19,245 nucleotides of DNA, from positions 1 to 19,245 of the forward strand of contig JAGYLS010000031.1 in the NCBI GenBank assembly GCA_018400815.1, given 5' to 3'. The position numbers and the translations under genes are program-made. The stretch comes from Candidatus Oleincola secundus (GTDB lineage Bacteria > Atribacterota > Phoenicimicrobiia > Phoenicimicrobiales > Stramentimicrobiaceae). The notes under the pieces are model-generated. The model worked only from the letters and a program-made list of their open reading frames with translations. It was not told the origin of the DNA and made no database searches. Below are positions 18,853-19,245 of this stretch, piece by piece. The number at the start of each line of letters is the position of its first letter. The first letter of the stretch is position 1.

Positions 18853-19245
18853 TGAAAATTCCTTTGTCTTCTTATCGTATTCAATTTAATCCTTCTTTCA
18901 GATTTGAGGAAACAGAGAAAATTGTTCCCTATCTAAAAAATCTGGGAATTTCTGATATATATGCTTCCCCTATCCTGGAATCTAAAACCGGGAGTAAACA
19001 TGGATATGACCTGATAAATTTTAACAAGATTGACCGTCAGCTAGGTGGGAAAAAAGCATTTTTTCACCTGGCAGAGCAGATTAAAAAAACACAGTTAGGT
19101 TGGATACAAGACATTGTTCCTAATCATATGGCTTATCATCCCTCCAATCCATTTCTTTATGATGTATTGGAAAAAGGCCATAAATCGATTTACAGTGAAT
19201 ATTTTGATATTAATTGGCAAATAAAAGATTCAGAATTAAAAGGCA
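18852..19245 (+). CDS. treY: Malto-oligosyltrehalose synthase TreY (GH13_26), 5' part only
   Basis: Not in ORF track. ATG overlaps the upstream stop (TAATG): MKIPLSSYRIQFNPSFRF...YLKNLGISDIYASPILESKTGSKHGYD...QDIVPNHMA...DVLEKG..S.YSEYFDINW, open to the window end. Confidence 0.94.
   Translation, partial: MKIPLSSYRIQFNPSFRFEETEKIVPYLKNLGISDIYASPILESKTGSKHGYDLINFNKIDRQLGGKKAFFHLAEQIKKTQLGWIQDIVPNHMAYHPSNPFLYDVLEKGHKSIYSEYFDINWQIKDSELKG

Noticed and set aside
1..19245. CRISPR arrays, tRNA/rRNA, riboswitches, transposases, integrases or defence genes
   Set aside because: No regularly spaced repeats, structured RNA gene signatures or mobile-element proteins were recognisable; intergenic regions are short and AT-rich. 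A covariance-model search would be needed to exclude small ncRNAs.

Overview
AT-rich bacterial chromosomal window in two halves. Left half, minus strand: a GMC-family flavoprotein with a CxxCxxCxxxC motif, an RlmA/YxjB-like methyltransferase broken by about ten frameshifts, and an rraA-family / ridA / M20D amidohydrolase operon that runs off the left edge. Right half, plus strand: a secreted ankyrin-repeat protein, a hairpin that overlaps a sigma70-like promoter, a 41-codon ORF starting with a PspC-like N-terminus, and a tightly coupled alpha-glucan/trehalose operon (DUF5752-like small protein, glgE, treS-mak fusion, glgB, treZ, GH57/DUF3536, treY, the last running off the right edge). The ORF track misses both edge genes and the PspC-like ORF, and it truncates glgE, whose conserved N-terminus has no ATG/GTG/TTG start and most plausibly begins at ATC. 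I saw no RNA genes, CRISPR arrays or mobile elements. The enzymes are known families; the least explained parts are the operon's 5' region and the roles of the DUF5752-like and GH57 proteins. All family calls come from motif recognition by eye, not database searches.
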